Both the position numbers and the translations under genes were made by a program. Below, in pieces: positions 24,270 through 37,733 of a stretch of 64,000 nt of DNA (position 1 is its first letter; each line of letters opens with the position of its first letter). The stretch spans positions 12,030,001 through 12,094,000 of the forward strand of contig CM059433.1 in NCBI GenBank assembly GCA_030390025.1, read 5' to 3'. Below the pieces are notes generated by a model, which saw only the letters and a program-made list of their open reading frames with translations, made no database searches and was not told the origin of the DNA. This DNA is from Squalus acanthias. Its lineage: Eukaryota.

Positions 24270-24960
24270 AAGATAGGGTTCCCCTTGTCCTCACCTTTCA
24301 TCCCACCAGCCTCCACATTCAACGGATAATCCTCCGCCATTTCTGCCACCTCCAACGTGATCCCACCACCAAACACATCTTCCCCTCACCTTCCCTTTCA
24401 GCATTCCGAAGGAACCGCTCCCTCCGCGACACCCTGGTCCACTCCTCAATCACCCCTAACAGCCCTTCTCCTTCGCCTGGCACCTTCCCGTGGAAGCGCA
24501 GGAGATGCAACACCTGCCCTTTTACCTCCTCCCTTCCCACTGTCCAGGGCCCCAAACACCCCTTCCAGGTGAAACAGCGATTTACTTGTACTTCTTGCAA
24601 TTTAGTATACTGTATTCGCTGCTCACGATGCGGTCTCCTCTACATTGGGGAGACCAAACGCAGATTGGGTGACCGCTTTGCGGAACACCTCCGTTCAGTC
24701 CGTAAGGGTGACCCCGAGCTTCCGGTCACCTGTCACTTTAATTCTCCGCTTCACTCCCACTCTGATCTCTCTGTCCTCGGCCTCTTACACTGTTCCAATG
24801 AAGCTCAACGTAAGCTCGAGGAACAGCACCTCATCTTTCGAATAGGCACTTTTCAGCCTTCTGGACTCAACATCGAGTTCAACAATTTCAGACAATAATC
24901 CCTGCCCCCATTTTTCATGCTGTATGATTTTGCCATTCCCATTTGCAACATTTTATCTTT
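24270..24960 (+). mobile_element. Penelope-like element, GIY-YIG endonuclease C-terminal fragment
   Basis: [45 protein letters not shown]. Confidence 0.9.
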
Positions 24961-25009
24961 CCTGCCTCTTACATAAGCACAGTATGTTCTTTCAATTCCT
25001 TCCGCCCCT

Positions 25010-25345
25010 CTTTCGGATGAGAAGTTAAACTGAGGCCCCGTCTGCTCTTTCAGGTGGACATAAAAGATCCCATGGCATTAGAGGGATTCCCATGGCACTA
25101 TTTCAAAGAAGAGTAGGGGAGTTATCCTCAGTGTCCTGGCCAATATTTATCCCTCAACCAACATAACAAAAACAGATTATCTGGTCATTATCAAGTTGCT
25201 GTTTGTGGGAGCTTGCTGAGTGCAAATTGGCTGCCACGTTACAACAGTGACTCCACTTCAAAAGTACTTCATTGGCTGTAAAGCGCTTTGAGACGTCCGG
25301 TGGTCGTGAAAGGCGCTATAGAAATGCATGTCTTTCTTTTCTTTC
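25010..25345 (+). mobile_element. Deu-domain SINE (SacSINE1-like), 5'-truncated
   Basis: taaaagatcccatggcact core and tctttctttt tail. Confidence 0.8.
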
Positions 25346-25869
25346 ATATTGTAACTTGAACAGATTCCCTTGGGGATGTGGATACTCGGTTTTAGTTCCG
25401 GCTGGAGATCTAGGGCTGGCGTTTGGTGGTAAATGGAGTAAAATGGGTTCTTGGCGGTTACTGCCTCAAATCCTGCGCTTAAGAACTGCACCAGAATTAT
25501 CCTCTGAAAAAGACGCAAGTCTCCATGTGCGCTGGGAGCTTGATCTGGCTCATGTAAATAGTTATGGTGGCATGACTAAGCCCTCTGACCCATTTTCACC
25601 ATCCTCCATCCCAAATAATTTACTGCTACTATACGTGATGTCAGGAGCTGCAGGAAGGTATGCCTGTTCTGCTACTAAAGGTTGATGTTACTTTGCCTCC
25701 ACATCAATCTCTTTAGTAGTTTGGAGGTTCAGTCAGGACATTAGCTGGTAGTTTCATTTGCCTCTGGTCCAAGTACTGCTTTGTGTTGGGGCTGTGGCAT
25801 TCCTAATGGGAATCCCTATAATGCCATGAAGAGGAGGATGAAGACATTGAATAGGATAGATAGGAGACT

Positions 25870-26340
25870 CTTAGAGTGAGGCAGCTGCAACAACACTCAG
25901 GAAGCTCGACACCATCCAGGACAAAGCAGCCCGTTTGATTGGCACCCCATCCACCACCTTAAACATTCACTCCCTCCACCACCGTGGCTGCCGTGTGCAC
26001 CATCAACAAGATGCACTGCAGCAACTCGCCAAGGCTTCTTCAGCAGCACTTCCCAAACCTGCGACCTCTTCCACTTAGAAGGACAAGGGCAGCAGGCGCA
26101 TGAGAGCAGCACCACCACCTCCAACTCGCACACCATCCTGACTTAGAAGTATATCGCCGATCCTTCATCGTCGCTGGGTCAAAATCCTGGAACTCCCTCC
26201 CTAACAGCGCTGTGGGAGTACCTTCACCACACGGACTGCAGCGGTTCAAGAAGGCGGCTCACCACCACCTTCTCAAGGGCAGTTAGGGATGGGCAATAAA
26301 TGCTGGCCTTGCCAGCGGCGCCCACATCCCATAAACGAAT
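25870..26340 (+). mobile_element. LINE 3' end, shark CR1-like family
   Basis: Homologous to 16075-16490. Confidence 0.7.
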
Positions 26341-26379
26341 TTTAAAAAATCACAGAAGGTGTCGCTTGGCTGCGTGCTC

Positions 26380-27300
26380 ATACACACTCACCAAGGTCTA
26401 CAGAAAGAAAGTCTTGCTCAGATATTTTTGACCTTCAGTGTCTCGGAAGGTTATGCTTATTTCTGCCCCGCCCCTGCCCTCCTGGAGGCTGTTGGGAAAA
26501 CGTCAATTGCTGGCTGAAGACCAGCAGGCCACTTCCCCTGTGGGAACAGCATTGTCTGTACCAGAGTCACTATTGCCATCAATTTCTTTCCGACTGGATC
26601 TTTCCAGATAGCATCAGGTCATACAGCATCTCATTATTGCATCAAAGTGATGACCGATGCCTCATTCAGGAGGGCTGTGCCATTCGTATCCTTACCAATA
26701 GAAGCAGACAAACAAAAGCCATCCAATGCTACAGACTGGCAGGTTTCTCACAGGTTACAGAACTCGTGATATTCAAGGCCCCATACGGCGACCTCCTCAA
26801 TTTTATGAATAGGAAAAGGCTTTCATTCTATGTATGAGCAGCTAGTGCGCCATGCCAATCACCTTATCCTGCGCGTCAGTGCCAGATGTCAGGACATTTC
26901 ATCATGCAACAATCCAGCATGCCAGCCTTTATGACTGAATCACATATCTGGATGAATGATTAGTGATCGGGGCTGTATGATCTAATGACTGTAAAGGCTT
27001 CTGCAGACAGAGGGGTCTATAGCTGTAATATGGCCCATGCAACTACAAGTGTCACAGAGTAGACTAGAAACACTCAAGTCCCAATTTAGGTGCCTGGATG
27101 AATCTGGAAGATCCCTTGCAACTCAGCTTAGTGTGAGTGTTGTAGCTTGCTGTGTTCTGCACAATATCGCAGTGAAGATAGGCTTGATGCTTCTGGAAGC
27201 TGAAGGCGATGATGATGAAGAGGGAATTGGAAGGACATCCTTCCCCACAAAGCATAAGGAGGATATACAGGGAAGGAAGGATGTGGGGCAGGATGGCCAG
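26380..27300 (+). mobile_element. Decayed Harbinger (HARBI1-like DDE) transposase
   Basis: Remnants VTIAINFFPTGSFQ, FMNRK, LKSQFRCLDESG, VVACCVLHNIA followed by an acidic tail. Confidence 0.75.
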
Positions 27301-28638
27301 AGAAAGGATAGGCCAGCCCCAGTGCTTTCCATAAAGGTTGACTCACCAAGAAAAGTCAATTTGCACCTGCCTGTTCACACCCTCACAAAGTCCATACCCG
27401 TGAAAGACTTCTGCCAAGTTCCTTTCTAAACCAGAAGTCGGCATTTCCCCTGCCATCACCCAAACCTCCACCACTCCAAAAGAGAAAGCTTTTGCAGAAA
27501 TAAAGTCTGAACTCTGGGTAAGCTGTGTTCACTTTACAGAACAGCATATTCTCCAAGAATTCTAGCAAACGCTGCTTCATACCATATCTACCCTTTGTGC
27601 CAGTTAACTTGTTTGTGCTGCTAAGCCGCTACTCCTATGAGTTGCTCCCTGAGTGAGATGAGGTTGAGTGGTGGGTGGCGGGGATGGTGCCTTCGAGGTC
27701 TGAGGTGACTATCCTCTCAGGGAAGCAGCTGTCCCAGTGGGACCAGCCTCCAGCAGCTTTGCTCTTGAAGTGACCAGGGATTCTCGGCCCATGCCTGAAA
27801 CTCCCTAGTGTATCGGCATTGGACGGAGCTGTAAGAAAGTACGCTCGATGCCACTCTAGAGCACAACAGTGACATCTGTGCCCACTCCTTGAGCGCCCAG
27901 GTGCTGGGCGCAGGCTCAGAGGGAGGTGCTACTGGTCATGCACAATTGTGGTATTCAGGCTGACTCTAAAGGCATCTATTGAAACAAGTGCTAGCTTCTA
28001 CTCTGGAAGCCACCACTGTCCCTAGAAGGTGTTCCTGGTGTCTTGATGCTGCAGAATTTCCTAGCCTGTGACAGTCTCCAGGATGGTTCTGCCCGTCGTG
28101 GGAAACTTTTGGTCATGCGCTGCAGATGCAGCTCGGAGCTTCCTCCCATCTGTCTTTCCTCTCAACCAAGTGCATGCAAACCGTCTCCACTGCCTGTGCA
28201 CGAGATCGATGCTCTTTTGAAGACTGGCTCACTCGATGGAAGCAGACAAACCAAAGCTATCCAGTGCCACAGACTGGCAGGTTTCCCACAGGTGATTCCG
28301 CGGCCAAGGTTGGTCATTTTTCCACCCTCCATTAAGGAATTGTCACCCTCCCTCTCTTCCACCCTGAGCCCTCATCAGTGCTCAGTGCCTCACCCAATGA
28401 AATCACTTCCTACCTCACTAGCTACCTCTGCCCGAGTAGCTGTCTCCCTGCTGGTGCTTGCGCAATGAATACATTATGATGTAGTTGGTGAGGGAGGGGC
28501 AGCGGTTGAGGCTGCGGACCTTGTAGAAGGTTCCCCAGTGCCTGGATGGTTGTCGCGGTTGGCCTTTCCGCACAAACACGTGAAATATAGAAGGGTTTGC
28601 TGAGTTGCACCTAAACTGACATTGCTCCTTGAAGAAAT

Positions 28639-29739
28639 CTTCTTCTTCTTAGGCAGTCCCTCGGAACCGAGGATGACTTGCTTCCACATTAAAAATGAGT
28701 TCTCAGGTGACTGATGAGTCCAATGCGGGACCTACAGTCTCTGTCACAGGTGGGGCAGACGGTGGTTGAAGGGCAGGTGGGTGGGGTGCTTGGGTTGACG
28801 TGCGCTCCTTGCGCTTGGCTTCTGCTTGCTCCCGGCGAAGAGACTCGAGGTGTTCGGCACTTACCCGGATGTTTCTCCTCCACTTTGTGCGGTCTTGGGC
28901 CAGGGATTCCCAGGTGTCAGTGGGGATGTTGCACTTTTTCAAGGAGGCTTTGAGGGTGTCCTTGAAGCGTTTCCTCTGCACACCTGGGGCTCTCTTGCCG
29001 TGTCAGAGCACCGAGTAGAGCGCTTGTTTTGGGAGTCTCGTATCAAGGCCTCCATAATCAGCACCTGTGAAGAGACGCTCGGTCACTCGACCAGGAAACA
29101 CCAAGACTGGTTCGACGAGAACGACCAGGAGATCCAGGAGCTAATAAGCTGCGAGCGCAAGGCATTCCTGATCTGGAAACAGCAACACAACTCGAGAGCA
29201 AGAAAGCAGCTCTACAGACGCCTGAAGGCTGAGGTCCAACAAAAAACTCGCGACCTAAAGAACATATGGTGGGTGGAGAAAGTGCAGGAGATCCAGCAGC
29301 TAGCTGACAACCACGACATGCGTGGATTCTTTAGCGCAGTCAAGACCATCTACGGCCCAAGCACCCAAGGTCCTACCCCGCTGCGGGCCAAAAACGGAGA
29401 GGTACTCATCAAGGACAGAGAGGCAGTCAGTGCCCGCTGGAAGGAGCACTTCAAAGATCTCCTTAACCGAGACTCTGTCTTCGACGCGAGTGTCCTCAAC
29501 TCCATCCCGCAGCATGCTACCCGCCACCATCTCAGCACAACCCCAGCCCGACATGAGGTTGAAAAGGCCATCCGACAACTGAAGAACAACAAGGCCTCGG
29601 GAGCAGATGGAATCCCTGCCGAAGCACTAAAGCATAGCGGAGAAGCACTACTGGCGCGAATTCATGAACTCATTTCTCTTATCTGGAAGGAGGAGAGCAT
29701 GCCAGGGGATCTCAGAGACGCCGTAATTGTGACCATCTT
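28639..29739 (-). mobile_element. RTE-clade LINE with inverted internal segment (minus 3' end 28639-~29043; plus ~29043-29739)
   Basis: (AAG)n tail; same family as 20425-23188; 11-bp TSD CTTGAAGAAAT at 28628-28638 and 29740-29750. Confidence 0.9.
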
Positions 29740-30787
29740 CTTGAAGAAATAGTGTTTGGGTGTAAGGGCATTGCAATGCTTTGAGAAAATACATAAAACT
29801 GAAACTACCTATTTGGAGCACTTCCCAGCTTTTACTAACCTTATTTTGTCAAGTTACCTAAAACCTTGCTCTTTCCCGCAGGCTCTCCTGTCTGCCTGCC
29901 CATGATTTGCAGTGCTTCAAGAGTTTTCAGCGCTAGGGGTTACATTTCTGTGGCACTGGCTGTAGGCCAGCCTTTCCCTTGGGGGGGAGAGAAGAAAATG
30001 TCGAAGGCATGTGAGTGGAATGGACACGTTCTCTCATTTGAGTGCATGCCATCCCATGATGATGATGAGCTGTAGAGGTGCATTGTCCCTTTAAATGAAG
30101 TGTCCTTGAAGACTAGCAGTAGCCCTTGTGACAGGCAATGTAAGGTGCCGGAGTGGTTTAGAGTAAAGAAGGTGCTTGAGTGTTTGCATAGATTGCCTGA
30201 TACCCAGATGCTGAGAGAGAAACAGTACGAGGTAAGGAACTGAGTGAAAGCTGGATGAGTGGTAGAGGATGTGAATTGGCAACAGTACCTTGACTTACTT
30301 TGGCCACCCTTGTGAGGTCACTGAACCTCTTTCGGCACTGTGTGGGCAGTTCTTGGGATGGTGCAGGTTGCTGTTTAAATAAATTACCAGAAGCAAATAA
30401 CAGTTACTATGGGCACAAGTTCAAAAGTTGATTTCACAGTCGTAAAACTGGAAGCCAAAACAACACCAGGATTAGTGGGAGCGGGAAAGGTAGAATAAAG
30501 CCCATGCACATCAGTTAGAAGTGGAGATTGAAAAGGAGCAACAACATCCAGTTGAAGGAGGCATTGTGCAACCATGAGGAAGAAAAAAAGCCACAGAGCC
30601 AGCACGAGAAGGTGTCAAAAAAGTAATCAGTGCAATTACAAGGCAGAAGAAAAGGAGCAACAGTACTGGTGTGCTGTACTGGGATGAGGGAAGTGGCGGT
30701 AGGGATTGTGGATGCATTGGTAATTTTCCAAAACTCCCTGGACTCAGCAAAGATCCCGGCAGACTGGAAAACTGCTAATGTAACACC

Positions 30788-31034
30788 TGTTGAGGCTGCC
30801 GCGAAACACAAATTAAGACTGAATCCATGTGTGGGAAACAGAGGCTTTTTAATACAACTGCATGGTCCAAAATGGCTGAACAGACTGCTCCCAGAATTCT
30901 CTGGAAAAATCCTGAGGCCCCGCCCACTCCTTTTCTGCTGCCTTAAAGGCAAGGTGCCTTAAAGGCAAGGTGCTCGATATATTGTCCACGGACGGAAAAG
31001 TGGATAATGCCCGTTTAGGTGGCGATCCGCCACA
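30788..31034 (-). repeat. Gypsy 3' LTR (247 bp)
   Basis: Differs from the 5' LTR by one substitution and a 16-bp tandem duplication. Confidence 0.95.
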
Positions 31035-34000
31035 CAGCTCCCCCCAGAATCCGCTTAGGAGGTGTGGACGAGACAGTGCGGCGGTCTGATGGGCCAGCCG
31101 GAGCGGCTCTTGTAGGACGCCGGTGGACGTGGAACGGCCGGGCGTGGAGCAGCCGGGTGAACCGGCTTGAGGGCAGGTCGGCTGCGTGGAGGTGGACGAG
31201 CTACAGGGACCTGCTCACCGGGCTCCGAGTGTGCTGGCTTGAGTCGGTCAACCGACACTTTTTCGGTCCTGTCGCCCACTTGCAGGGTGAAAAATTTGTC
31301 CCCAGCCTGTAGCACCTTGTAGGGCCCGTCGTACGGGGGTTGAAGGGGTCCGCGGTGGGCGTCGTGCCGGGCGAAAACGAACCGTGCCTGGTGCAGGCTT
31401 AGTGGGACGTGTGAGGTGGATTCGCCGTGTCGGGCAATGGGCACCGGGGCGAACTGCAGCGCCGGTGAGGCGAAGTCGTGGCGTTGCTGGTCGGCTGACC
31501 AGGGTGTCGTGGCGGTGGGCAGGAACTCGCTGGGTACGCGCAGCGGCTGACCGTATACGAGCTCTGCTGCCGATGCGTGGAGGTCTTCTTTAACCACGGT
31601 GCGCAGGCCGAGGAGGACCCACGGAAGTCGGTCGGTCCAGGCGCCGTCCTGGAGGCTGGCTCGAAGAGATGCCTTCAAGGATCTGTGTAACCGCTGACAC
31701 AGTCCGTTGGCTTGGGGGTGGTACGCTGTGGTGCGGTGAATGGTCACCCCGAGATTGCGTGCGACGGCGGTCCAGAGTTCAGAGGTAAATTGCGGACCTC
31801 TGTCCGACGTCATGTCGGAGGGGACGCCGAACCGTGCGACCCAGGTGCTGACGAAGGCTCTGGCGATGTCGGCAGTGGTGGTAGAGGTCAATGGAATTGC
31901 CTCGGGCCAGCGCATGGTGCGGTCAACGATTGTCAGCAAGTGCGTGTGGCCTTGCGACGGCGGCAGGGGCCCGACGATGTCCACGTGGATGTGGTCGAAT
32001 CTCCGCGAGGGGACGGTAAACTCCTCGAGGGGTGCTTTTGTGTGTTGCTGTACCTTGGCCCGTTGGCAGGCTAGGCAGGAGTTGGCCCAAGTACGCACAT
32101 CCTTGCGAAGGCTGCGCCAGACAAAGCGGTTGGCTACCAATTTGATGGATGCACGGGCGCCGGGGTGGGAGAGGTTGTGGAGAATGTTGAATACCCGGTG
32201 GCGCCAGGGCGCTGGGACGACGGGCCGAGGTTGACATAGGGATATGTCGCACTTGACCGTGACTGCGGTCGGGCCACAGGCGACGTCGGCCAGGCGTAGC
32301 CCTGGTAGGTTGGTAGGTGCGGAGAGCAGATCAGGGTCGGTGATCTGGTCTGCTGCGAGTTAAGCGTAGTCGACTGCCAGGTGTGCGGCGTGGATGGCGG
32401 GGCGGGAGAGGCAGTCGGCTACCACATTGTCTCGGCCGGAGACGTGTTGGATGTCCGTGGTGAACTCGGACACTGCCGCGAGCTGGCGCTGCTGCCTGGC
32501 GGACCAGGGGTCGGTTGTCTTTGCCATTGCGAATGTCAGGGGCTTGTGGTCGACAAACGCAGTGAAGGGGTGGCCCTCAAGCAAAAACCGAAAATGGCGG
32601 ACCGCCAGGAACGGCGCGAGGAGCTCGCGGTCGAAGGTGCTGTACTTGACCTCCGGGGGGCGTAGTTGGCGGCTGAAGAAGGCAAGTGGTTGCCAGGCGC
32701 CGTCGACCCACTGCTCATACACGGCGCCGACCGCGTGGTCGGAGGCGTCCATGGTGAGCACTACCCTGGCATTGGGCCGTGGTTGCGCGAGCAGGGTGGC
32801 GTTGGCGAGCGCGGTCTTGGTGGAGTCGAAGGCGGCAGACGCGTCTGCCGTCCATTCGACCGTCATCTTGCCGCTCCTGCCCCGGAGGGCTTCATACAGG
32901 GGCCTCACGAGGGACGCCGCTTTGGGGATGAAGCGGTTATAGAAATTCACCATCACGAGGAACTCTTGGAGGCCTTTGATGGTGGTGGGGTGGGGAAATT
33001 GTTGGACGGCCTGCACCTTGGTGGGCAGGGGAATGGCCCCAGCATAGGTGATGTGGTGGCCGAGGAAGTCGATCTTGTCCAGGCCGAACTGGTATTTGGC
33101 TGGGCTGAGGATGAGCCCGTGGTTGCTGAGGCACCCGAACAGGATGCGAAGGTGTTCGAGGTGTTCCTGCTTGGAGGAACTGGCTACCAGGATGTCGTCC
33201 AGGTAGACGAACAGTAACTTCAGGTCCCGAAGGACCGAGTCCATGAGCCGTTGGAATGCCTGGGCCGCGTTTTTGAGGCCGAAGGGCATCCGCAGGAACT
33301 CGAACAGGCCGAAGGGGGTGATTACGGCCGTCTTGGGGACGTCCGCGGGGTGGACGGGGACTTGGTGGTAGCCGCGCACCAGGTCGACCTTGGAAAAGAC
33401 TGAGCGGCCGGCCAGTCTAGCCGAGAAGTCCTGAATGTGCGGCACGGGGTACCGATCAGGGGTGGTGGCGTCGTTGAGGCGGCGGTAATCCCCGCAGGGG
33501 CGCCAACCCCCGCCTGGTTTGGGGGCGATGTGGAGTGGGGAGGCCCAGGGACTGTTGGAGCGGCGGATGATGCCGAGCTGTTCCATGGTGGCAAACTCGG
33601 TCCGCGCGATCTCCAGTTTGGCCGGGTCCAGCCTGCGGGCATGGGCGTACACTGGGGGGCCTGTGGTGGGGATGAAGTGTTCCACCCCGTGTTTGGCGGC
33701 CTCCGCGGAGAAGGTCGGATTGGTAAGGGCCGGGAATTCGGCCAGGAGTGCCGAGTAGTCATCCGTGGCCCGGGCGTGGCACTGTGACGCCATGTCGGCG
33801 GGTTGACGGGGGCCATGGCGCCCAGGATGGGGGACATGGTGTTCATGTCCATGAGGCGGTGACGAGGGATGTCTACCAGTAGGCCGTGGGTGCACAGGAA
33901 ATCTGCGCTGATGAGAGGGGAGAGCACCTTGGCAGTGATGAACTCCCATCGGTAGCGGCGACCAGCGAGGTCGAGGCTGACTGTCCGAGTGCCGTACATC

Positions 34001-34906
34001 CGGATTTCCGAGCCGTTAGCAGCAGCCAGCGCTGGTCCTCGTTCGCCCTTTTGGATGTCGAGGGAAGAGGCCGGGATGATGCTTTGCTGAGCCCCAGTGT
34101 CGCACAGGAACCGACGGCCGGTTTTGTCATCCGTGACGTACAGCAGGGAGCCCGCGTGGCCCATGGCCATCGCGGGGGCTGGTACGGGGGCGGACTTGAA
34201 AGAGCAGGGAGGTGTGCACCGTTGTGCCCTGGTGCCGAACCGTGCGTGGTAGTAACAGTGGCCCGGGTTAGTGGGGCGCGAAGGCCCCGTGGGCCTGGTG
34301 GCTGGTCCTTGAGGCCGCGTGGTGGCCGGTGAGGGGCGAGCCCAGGCATTGGCTGCCAGGTCCGGAGTGACGTCACGGCTGGAGTGAGCGGACAGCAGCT
34401 TGTCAGCCTCATTGGCCAGGGCTTCCAGGTTCGTGAGGCCGGACGCCACGATCGCTGGGCGGATGCTGAGAGGGAGCTGGCAGATGAACAGCGTGCGGAA
34501 GAGGGATCCGGGTGGGCTCTCGTCAGTGAGGGAGAGCATGTGGGAGAGGAGGTCTGACGGTGAGGCATCACCGAGGCCTGGAAGGTCGAGGAGGTGTCAG
34601 TTTCGCTGATATGCCGAGGCCGTAAATTTTTTAAGGAGCGCTGCCTTCAGATGTGCATACTTGCCTTCCTCTGGTGGGTTCTGCAGCGCTGTCCAAACCT
34701 TCGAAACTGTGGCGCTACCGAGTGATGTGACGAGGTAGTCGTACTGCGTCCCATCTGTGGTGATGTTTCGCAGCCGGAAGCAGGATTCAGCTTGGAGAAA
34801 CCAGGCTTTGGGCTGGTTTTCCCAAAACTCCAGCAGTTTCACGGAAACTGCGTTCGTGTCCGCCATTGCAGTGCTCGGAATACGTTCTGAGCGTCGGGGT
34901 CACCAA

Positions 34907-35137
34907 TGTTGAGGCTGCCGCGAAACACTAATTAAGACTGAATCCATGTGTGGGAAACAGAGGCTTTTTAATACAACTGCATGGTCCAAAATGGCTGAAC
35001 AGACTGCTCCCAGAATTCTCTGGAAAAATCCTGAGGCCCCGCCCACTCCTTTTCTGCTGCCTTAAAGGCAAGGTGCTCGATATATTGTCCACGGACGGAA
35101 AAGTGGATAATGCCCGTTTAGGTGGCGATCCGCCACA
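34907..35137 (-). repeat. Gypsy 5' LTR (231 bp)
   Basis: Adjacent to the PBS TGGTGACCCCGACG. Confidence 0.95.
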
Positions 35138-36686
35138 CACCCTTATTTAAAAAGGGCAGTAGACAGAAGGCTGGAAACTATAGACCGGTTAGCCTAACAT
35201 CTGTGGTAGGTAAAATTTTGGAGTCCATTATTAAGGAGACAGTAACGGGACATTTGGATAATCATAATTTAATAGGACAAAGTCAGCATGGTTTTATGAA
35301 GGGGAAGTCATGTTTGACAAATTTGCTGGAGTTCTTTGAGGAAGTAACATACAGGGTGGATAAAGGGGAACCAGTGGATGTGGTGTATTTAGACTTCCAA
35401 AAGGCATTTGACAAGGTGCCACACAAAAGATTATTGCTTAAGATAAAAAATCACGGGATTGGGGGTAATATTCTGGCATGGATAGAGGATTGGCTATCTA
35501 ACAGAAGGCAGAGAGTTGGGATAAATGGTTCATTCTCAGACTGGCAATCAGTAACTAGTGGTGTTCCGCAGGGGTCAGTGCTGGGTCCCCAACTCTTTAC
35601 AATCTATATTAACGATTTGGAGGAGGGGACCGAGTGTAACATATCAAAGTTTGCAGATGATACTAAGATGGGAGGGAAAGTAGTGAGTGAGGAGAACATA
35701 AAAAATCTGCAAGGGGACATAGACAGGCTAAGTAAGTGGGCAGAGATTTGGCAGATGGAATACAATACTGGAAAGTGTGAGGTTATGCACTTTGGCAGGA
35801 AAAATAGTAGAGCAAGTTATTATCTTAATGGCAAGAAACTGGAAAGTACTGAAGTACAAAGGGATCTGGGGGTCCTGGTGCACGAAACTCAAAAGGTTAG
35901 TATGCAGGTGCAGCAAGTGATTAAGAAGGCCAATGGAATGTTGGCTTTCATTGCTAGGGGGATAGTTGTACAAGGTATTGGTGAGACCGCACCTGGAATA
36001 CTGCATACAGTTTTGGTGTCCATACTTAAGAAAAGACATACTTGCTCTCGAGTCAGTACAAAGAAGGTTCACTCAGTTAATCCCGGGGATGAGGGGATGG
36101 ACATATGAGGAGAGGTTGGGTAGATTGGGACTCTACTCATTGGAGTTCAGAAGAATGAGAGGCGATCTTATTGAAACATATAAGATTGTGAAGGGGTTGG
36201 ATCGGGTGGATGCGGGGAGGATGTTCCCGATGATGGGTGAAACTAGAACTAGGGGGCATAGTCTTAGAATAAGGGGCTGCTCTTTCAAAACTGAGATGAG
36301 AAGGAACTACTTCACTCAGAGGGTGGTAGGTCCATGGAATATGCTGCCCCAAAAAGCTGTAGAAGCTACATCATTACATAAATTTAAAACAGAAATAGAC
36401 AGTTTCCTAGAAGTAAAGGGAATTAAGGGTTACGGGGAGCGGGCAGGAATTTGGACATGAGTCTAGGTTCGGATTGGTCATGGCCCTGTGGGTAGCGTAG
36501 CGGGCCCAGGGGCCGTGTAGCCTGATCCTGCTCCTATTTCGTGTGTCCAATTCTGTTAGGTTCAGGAGATGGTTCTGTGATAGTAGATTGGTGGTTAGGA
36601 TCAGATCAGCCATGATCTTATTGAATGGCGGAGCAGGCTCGAGGGGCCAATTGGCCTACTCCTGCTCCTATTTCTTATGTTCTTAT
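35138..36686 (+). mobile_element. CR1 LINE hosting the Gypsy (5' piece at ~30683-30787)
   Basis: [14 protein letters not shown] is split exactly at the Gypsy; RT ORFs 35122-36460. Confidence 0.93.
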
Positions 36687-37153
36687 GAGAGGGCTGTCCT
36701 ATGATGAGAGATTGTGTAGAATGGGCCTATACTCTCTGGAGTTTAGAAGAATGAGAGGTGATCTCATTGAAACATACAAGATTCTGAGGGGGATTGACAG
36801 GGTAGATGCTGAGAGGTTGTTTCCCCCTGGCTGGAGAGTCTAGAACTAGGGGCGGGGGCATAGTCTCAGGATAAGGGGCAGGCCATTTAAGACTGAGATG
36901 AGGAGGAATTTCTTCACTCAGCAGGTTGTGAATCTTTGGAATTCCCTGCCCCAGAGGGCTGTGAATGCTGAGTCTTTGAGTATATTCAAGGCTGAGATAG
37001 ATAGATTTTTGGACTCTAGGGGAATCAAGGGATATGGAGATCGGGCGGGAAAGTGGAGTTGAGGTCGATGATCAGTCATGATCTTATTGAATGGCGGAGC
37101 AGGCTCGAAGGGCCGTATGGCCGACTCCTGCTCTTATTTCTTATGTTCTTATG
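36683..37153 (+). mobile_element. Second, tandem CR1 3' fragment
   Basis: Nearly the reverse complement of 13910-14350; ttcttatg tail. Confidence 0.88.
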
Positions 37154-37274
37154 TGTCCTTGAATTATTGTAAGACCAGTGAGTGGTGGTTCTGTTAATTC
37201 AGCCCATAACCATAAAAAATAACAAATCTAACTTTATTCCAAATTTTAAGAAAGCGGGTGACAGGGATGGTTAT

Positions 37275-37600
37275 TACACTTCCACTGTTTCCAGTGATGG
37301 GCGGGTGGGTAGCCAGAGGGCACAGATTTAAGATAATTGGCAAAAGAACCAGAGGAGACATTTTTTATACTCAGTGAGTTTTTGTGATCTGGAACGCACT
37401 GCCTGAAAGGGCAGTAGAAGCAGATTCAATATTAACAAAAGGGAATTGGATGAATACATGAAAAGGAAAAAAAATCGCAGGGCTAGGGGGAAAGAGCAGG
37501 GGTGGGGGGAGTGGGACTAATTGGATAGCTCTTTCAAAGAGCCGGCACAGGCACGATGGGCCGAATGGTCTCCTTCTGTGCTGTGAGATTCTATGATTCT
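37275..37600 (+). mobile_element. CR1 LINE 3' end
   Basis: Same subfamily as 1-575 and the end of 60305-62145. Confidence 0.75.
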
Positions 37601-37733
37601 TAAAAAACAGTCGGGTCTGCTGTGTTAAACTCATATATGGACAGAACGGGATACAAGCTCCTTGAATATTACCCTTAATGTCGTAGTTTGTTACTGAGTG
37701 TTCACAAAACCTTTCTGCCTATCGACCTCACTA

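Larger units (their letters stand above)
30788..35137 (-). mobile_element. Full-length Ty3/Gypsy LTR retrotransposon (gag-PR-RT-RH-IN, disabled)
   Basis: LTRs 34907-35137 and 30788-31034 (TG...CA); TSD CACC; PBS 34892-34905 complementary to the tRNA-Trp 3' end; PPT ~31037-31048; DTGA, YLDD, DAS and HVDIVGP motifs. Confidence 0.97.

Noticed and set aside
28826..29752. 308-aa ORF as a novel gene
   Set aside because: A chimera of antisense and sense RTE sequence across the inversion junction.
31019..34609. Long plus-strand ORFs within the Gypsy
   Set aside because: Antisense shadows of a GC-rich pol gene with no recognisable domains.
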